This document shows positions 60,603 to 64,000 of a DNA stretch of 64,000 bases, one piece after another (the first letter of the stretch is position 1; each line of letters starts with the position of its first letter). The DNA comes from Candidatus Latescibacterota bacterium (GTDB lineage Bacteria; Latescibacterota; UBA2968; UBA8231), in the NCBI GenBank assembly GCA_965200315.1, contig OZ241362.1, positions 832,001 to 896,000 on the forward strand, given 5' to 3'. The notes under the pieces were generated by a model that did no database searches, had not been told where the DNA came from, and saw only the letters and a program-made list of their open reading frames with translations. The position numbers and the translations under genes were made by a program.

Positions 60603-61223
60603 ATGCAGCCCCATTCCAAGGCTAAAGGGCCGCCCCGCCTCATCGGCTTAGCTGGACCATCCGGGGCCGGCAAGACCACGCTCGCCCGCGCGCTCCAAGC
60701 CCGCCTACCCAGCCCAGCCACTGTGCTCTCCCTCGATGCGTACTACCGAGATTTAGCCGACCTCTCCTTGGCAGAAAGAGCCCGCGTCAACTTCGACACC
60801 CCCGAGGCCATAGACCACCAGCGCCTCGCCGCCGATCTCCGCCAGCTAGCCGCTGGCTACCGAGTCGAAATCCCCGTGTACGACTTTGCCACCCACACGC
60901 GCCAAGCGACCCAGCAAAGCCTCACCCCCACCGATTTCCTGCTCGTCGAGGGCCTCTTTGCCCTCTACTGGCCCGACATCAACACCCTCTACCACCTGCG
61001 CCTCTTCGTCGGGGCTGCCGACGCGCTCTGCTTGGAGCGCCGCCTCGCCCGCGATCGTGTCGAGCGCGGCCGTTCTCCCGCCTCAATTCGCGCCCAATAC
61101 CAAGAGCAGGTCTGCCCAATGTACCGCCGCCACATCCAGCCCACCGCCCGCTACGCAGATTTGATCCTCGACGGCAGCACACCCACTGAAGACCAGGTTT
61201 CAGTCGTCCTAACTTATTTGTAG
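60603..61223 (+). CDS. udk: Uridine kinase
   Basis: IGLAG.SGAGKTT, D.YY.D......R...NFD.P.A.D, PVYDF.TH.R, VEG, RR..RD..ERGR, PMY...I.P....AD motifs. Confidence 0.9.
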   Translation: MQPHSKAKGPPRLIGLAGPSGAGKTTLARALQARLPSPATVLSLDAYYRDLADLSLAERARVNFDTPEAIDHQRLAADLRQLAAGYRVEIPVYDFATHTRQATQQSLTPTDFLLVEGLFALYWPDINTLYHLRLFVGAADALCLERRLARDRVERGRSPASIRAQYQEQVCPMYRRHIQPTARYADLILDGSTPTEDQVSVVLTYL

Positions 61224-61296
61224 AGAAAAGTTGCCCCTACAATCTGACGCCAGTGGTGAATAGCGATGTCCCGTATAATCCGCCAGCTAGCGCCCC

Positions 61297-63234
61297 CTAA
61301 AACGGCCCAGCGTGGTACGAAGGCTCGTTGACGTAGCGCTGGGTCTCTAGATCGAGGGTGATTTCGCAATGAGGCGGCAAGGTGATGCTCAGGTGCTTGT
61401 CATCAACGGCTATTTGGTGCTCCTCGGTCTCCAAGGGCGGGGCCGCATACGTGCCGGCATAACCGCCCATCCAGCCCGGGTACTCGCTGGTACGGCGGTG
61501 GTACGCAGCCCGGCCAAAGCGATGCTCGCCAAAAGCGCCGCCCTGAATGACCAGTTCTCGGCCCTCGTTGTGGTTCAAATTGACCAAGCGCACGACCGTG
61601 CGGTTCGCTTCGAGCTTTTCCACCAAAGCACCGACGTCTCCGGGCAAGCCAGGGCGGCGGCGCAGGGCGTCAAAGTAGCGCAGGCGGGCGTGTAGCAAGC
61701 CGCCGTTGTAGATGGGTTGCGGGCCGCCCATAGTGAGCTGGATGAGTGCTTCGGAAGAGACCGGATTGCCCCATTGCCAGTGGTGGACGTGGTGGCGGGT
61801 ACCCACGTCTTGGTCAGCGCGCAGTTGGGCCAAACGACGGCCGGCCACTTGGTACGTGGCCTGTAGCATTTGCTCTGGATAGGTCGGATTAGCCCCGGCC
61901 AGAAAGCGCATCCAAGGAGCCTCGTGGCCCGAATCCTCTTTGTTGTGGAAGGGGAACACCACGGTCCAGTCGAATGCCTCTTTTTGCCGAATGGCCTCCA
62001 TGCGCTCCCAGTCGCCCCCGTCCATGGACAGGTTCCACAGCGTCACCGGATACACCGGACTCATGGGTTGCCAGTCGAACCAGCCGGCGTCGCCGTATCG
62101 GTAGGGCACCAGCAAGGTCTCGCTTTTTTCACCCATAGCGGCAAATTGGCTCGCCCAGCGCTCGGCCACGCTCATGTATTGGTCGCGGATATCCTCCATC
62201 CGCCCTTGTTCCAAGATGCGATCCATCTGCTGGCGCGGCAGGTCGAGATAGGTGCGGTCGCGGGTCAACAGATAGGCGTTGGCCGCCGCGTCGAGCGTGG
62301 CTTTCTGCAAGGTCAAAAAGCCGTGCGGAAAGGTCCAGCCGTAGCGCCCGCCGTACCAGTTGCCAGCACAGTATTCGCCCACTTGGCCCGACAGGCCGAC
62401 GTTGTCCGGTAACATGCCGCCATTGGCTTGGGCACGCTCCACCCAGGCGTCGGTGTATTCCACCACCCAAGCTCGGTATTTCTCATCGCCGGTAATCAGG
62501 AAGGCATTGGTCACCAGCGACGTGACGGCCAAATTGGTCGGCGTGTCGCCCTGGCGCCAGCGGTCGAACAGGGTCTGCCCCATCAGGCGGGCTTTGGCCG
62601 GATCGGCCAAGTCCTGTACACTGGTAATGCCGGGCAAGTCGAAAAAGGGCAGATTGTACACTTCCATGCTGCCGCCCAAGGGGTTGTAGCTTTGGTGGTC
62701 GCGCTCGGCCAGCGGGGCGAAATAAGGGCCGTGGCTGCCGTTGAGGCCCGAGCGCAGGATTTTGTGCTCGGGGTCGTAGTTTTGTGCTTCCGGGTCTTCG
62801 TTGAGATAAAAGCCGGCAAAGCGGCAGGCCCGTTCGACGCGCCGGGGAGTATTCGGGTGGGCTAAACACAAATGATAAAAGCAGACATCGCTTTCGGCTT
62901 GGTGCATCTGATCTTCGCGGATGCCGTATTCTTTGCTGATTGTGCCCAAGCGGGTCAGTTGGCGGGTGACGGCCTCCCACTGGCGGTCGGCCAAGTGCAA
63001 CAAGTGCTCGCCGCCACCCATCAAATAGACGAGCGGCCAGTTAAAAAAAGGCTCGTAGAAATCGTCGGGGCTGCCGCCGCCCCACTCGTCCTGCCAGATG
63101 AATTCGCCGTCCTCGCGGGTGAAGTGGTCGAGGAAAGGCTGCACCGATTGGTCCAAGGCGTCGAAGAGGCGGCGCTGCCACACGGCCCAATGGGCTGGCG
63201 CGTCCAGTGGGATATTGGCGGTTATGGCGGGCAT
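61297..63234 (-). CDS. Conserved hypothetical 645-aa protein (Trp/Tyr/Gly-rich, possibly helical-barrel carbohydrate-active)
   Basis: Long ORF with normal codon bias and RBS AGGAG. Conserved-looking motifs DDFYE.F.NWP, PDNVG, WYGG.YGW and PGLP.DV.ALV. No family confidently recognised. Confidence 0.7.
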   Translation of the reverse strand: MPAITANIPLDAPAHWAVWQRRLFDALDQSVQPFLDHFTREDGEFIWQDEWGGGSPDDFYEPFFNWPLVYLMGGGEHLLHLADRQWEAVTRQLTRLGTISKEYGIREDQMHQAESDVCFYHLCLAHPNTPRRVERACRFAGFYLNEDPEAQNYDPEHKILRSGLNGSHGPYFAPLAERDHQSYNPLGGSMEVYNLPFFDLPGITSVQDLADPAKARLMGQTLFDRWRQGDTPTNLAVTSLVTNAFLITGDEKYRAWVVEYTDAWVERAQANGGMLPDNVGLSGQVGEYCAGNWYGGRYGWTFPHGFLTLQKATLDAAANAYLLTRDRTYLDLPRQQMDRILEQGRMEDIRDQYMSVAERWASQFAAMGEKSETLLVPYRYGDAGWFDWQPMSPVYPVTLWNLSMDGGDWERMEAIRQKEAFDWTVVFPFHNKEDSGHEAPWMRFLAGANPTYPEQMLQATYQVAGRRLAQLRADQDVGTRHHVHHWQWGNPVSSEALIQLTMGGPQPIYNGGLLHARLRYFDALRRRPGLPGDVGALVEKLEANRTVVRLVNLNHNEGRELVIQGGAFGEHRFGRAAYHRRTSEYPGWMGGYAGTYAAPPLETEEHQIAVDDKHLSITLPPHCEITLDLETQRYVNEPSYHAGPF

Positions 63235-63498
63235 ATCCGTACTCCTGAGAGGGTTGTAGAGAGCTGTGAGGGTGACTTTAGGGAGACAAAGAGCGCGTGT
63301 AAAGCTGCACTACGTCTAAATGCGACCTGTGTTTAGACCCGCGCCGGTGCAGAGCCCAGGGGGTGGGTATGTATGAGGGGGACCGGCTTACGCAACATTG
63401 GTAGGGGGAGTTCGGCGGAAAGCGGCTTGACCAATCCGAATGAGGCGGGTTTATTTGCGCCGCCGCGCAAAACCGCTGATTGGGAAAGGGGTAACGCC

Positions 63499-63945
63499 AT
63501 GTGCAGCCATATCCGGTTCCTGCTCTGGGGGATGGTCCTATTGGGTGTGGCCGAGTGTACGCCCGCCCTACCCCCAAGACCGCTGCACATCCAAATCACC
63601 GGGGAAGAGTACACCTGGCAATTCCGCTACCCAGGCCCCGACGGCGCGTTGAACACTGCCGACGATATAGTCAAGCGAGGTAAGGAGTTACACCTTCCAC
63701 TTGGTATAGAAATTGAACTCGAATTGACGAGCCGAGATTACATCTATACCTTCGCCCTACCCCATCTCGACCTGCGTCAGGTAGCCGTGCCCGATTTAAC
63801 CTTTGCGCTGGCCTTTACCCCACAAACCACCGGCGCATTCGCCTTCGTCGGCGACCAAATGTGCGGCTTTGAACACGAGTCGCTCAACGGCCGCTTGGTA
63901 GTCGAGCCTCCAGCAGCTTTCGTCGCTTGGCTGACGGGGCCGTAA
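63499..63945 (+). CDS. Cytochrome c oxidase subunit II-like cupredoxin domain protein
   Basis: I..TG..Y.W.F.YPG.DG...T.DD, L.LP....I...LTS.D....F..P, G.F.....MCG..H motifs. N-terminal signal/TM. Confidence 0.75.
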   Translation: MCSHIRFLLWGMVLLGVAECTPALPPRPLHIQITGEEYTWQFRYPGPDGALNTADDIVKRGKELHLPLGIEIELELTSRDYIYTFALPHLDLRQVAVPDLTFALAFTPQTTGAFAFVGDQMCGFEHESLNGRLVVEPPAAFVAWLTGP

Positions 63946-64000
63946 AGTCAGCCACCCCTCAGTCCAACCGTATCTCCTCCCCGGCCTCTTGGCTGCGATA

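Noticed and set aside
63373-63498. N-terminal extension of the cupredoxin ORF from 63373 (likewise upstream extensions of the ORFs at 1874, 20413, 48602 and 58088)
   Set aside because: Downstream starts have better RBS or signal-peptide context, and most of the extensions overlap neighbouring genes or intergenic structures.

Overview
GC-rich bacterial chromosomal segment of about 50 mostly intact genes. They cover metabolism, transport and regulation: Fe-ADH, LarA-like isomerase, PhyH dioxygenases, PLP enzymes, enolase-superfamily enzymes, a sialidase, MacAB-type and RND exporters, an NtrC-type two-component system, an MbnP/MbnH-like pair, HU/IHF, GDH, an SPL-like radical SAM enzyme, CysQ, PolX and uridine kinase. 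I found no rRNA, tRNA, CRISPR array, integrase or transposase. Gene content and a C-terminal 'SVExxSWGRIK' motif suggest an FCB-superphylum candidate lineage such as Latescibacterota, possibly a sponge symbiont (inference). The most striking signals lie outside the intact genes. (1) Seven separate toxin-antitoxin, restriction-modification or defence loci sit singly between core genes with no mobility genes. All are disabled, six of them collapsed by internal deletions that join gene ends together, and the window also encodes a PolX lacking two catalytic aspartates. (2) CCWGG is strongly depleted across the window while its 5mC-deamination products (CTAGG/CCTAG, CCAAG/CTTGG, CTTAG/CTAAG) are abundant. 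(3) Patches of opposite strand skew occur beside some island edges. (4) Two tandem beta-propeller genes have conserved frameworks, hypervariable loops and a putative unnamed C-terminal sorting signal. (5) A PhyH enzyme has an HxG (halogenase-like) motif, and a CoxII-like protein has a degenerate CuA site. All family assignments come from motif recognition by eye; no searches were run.
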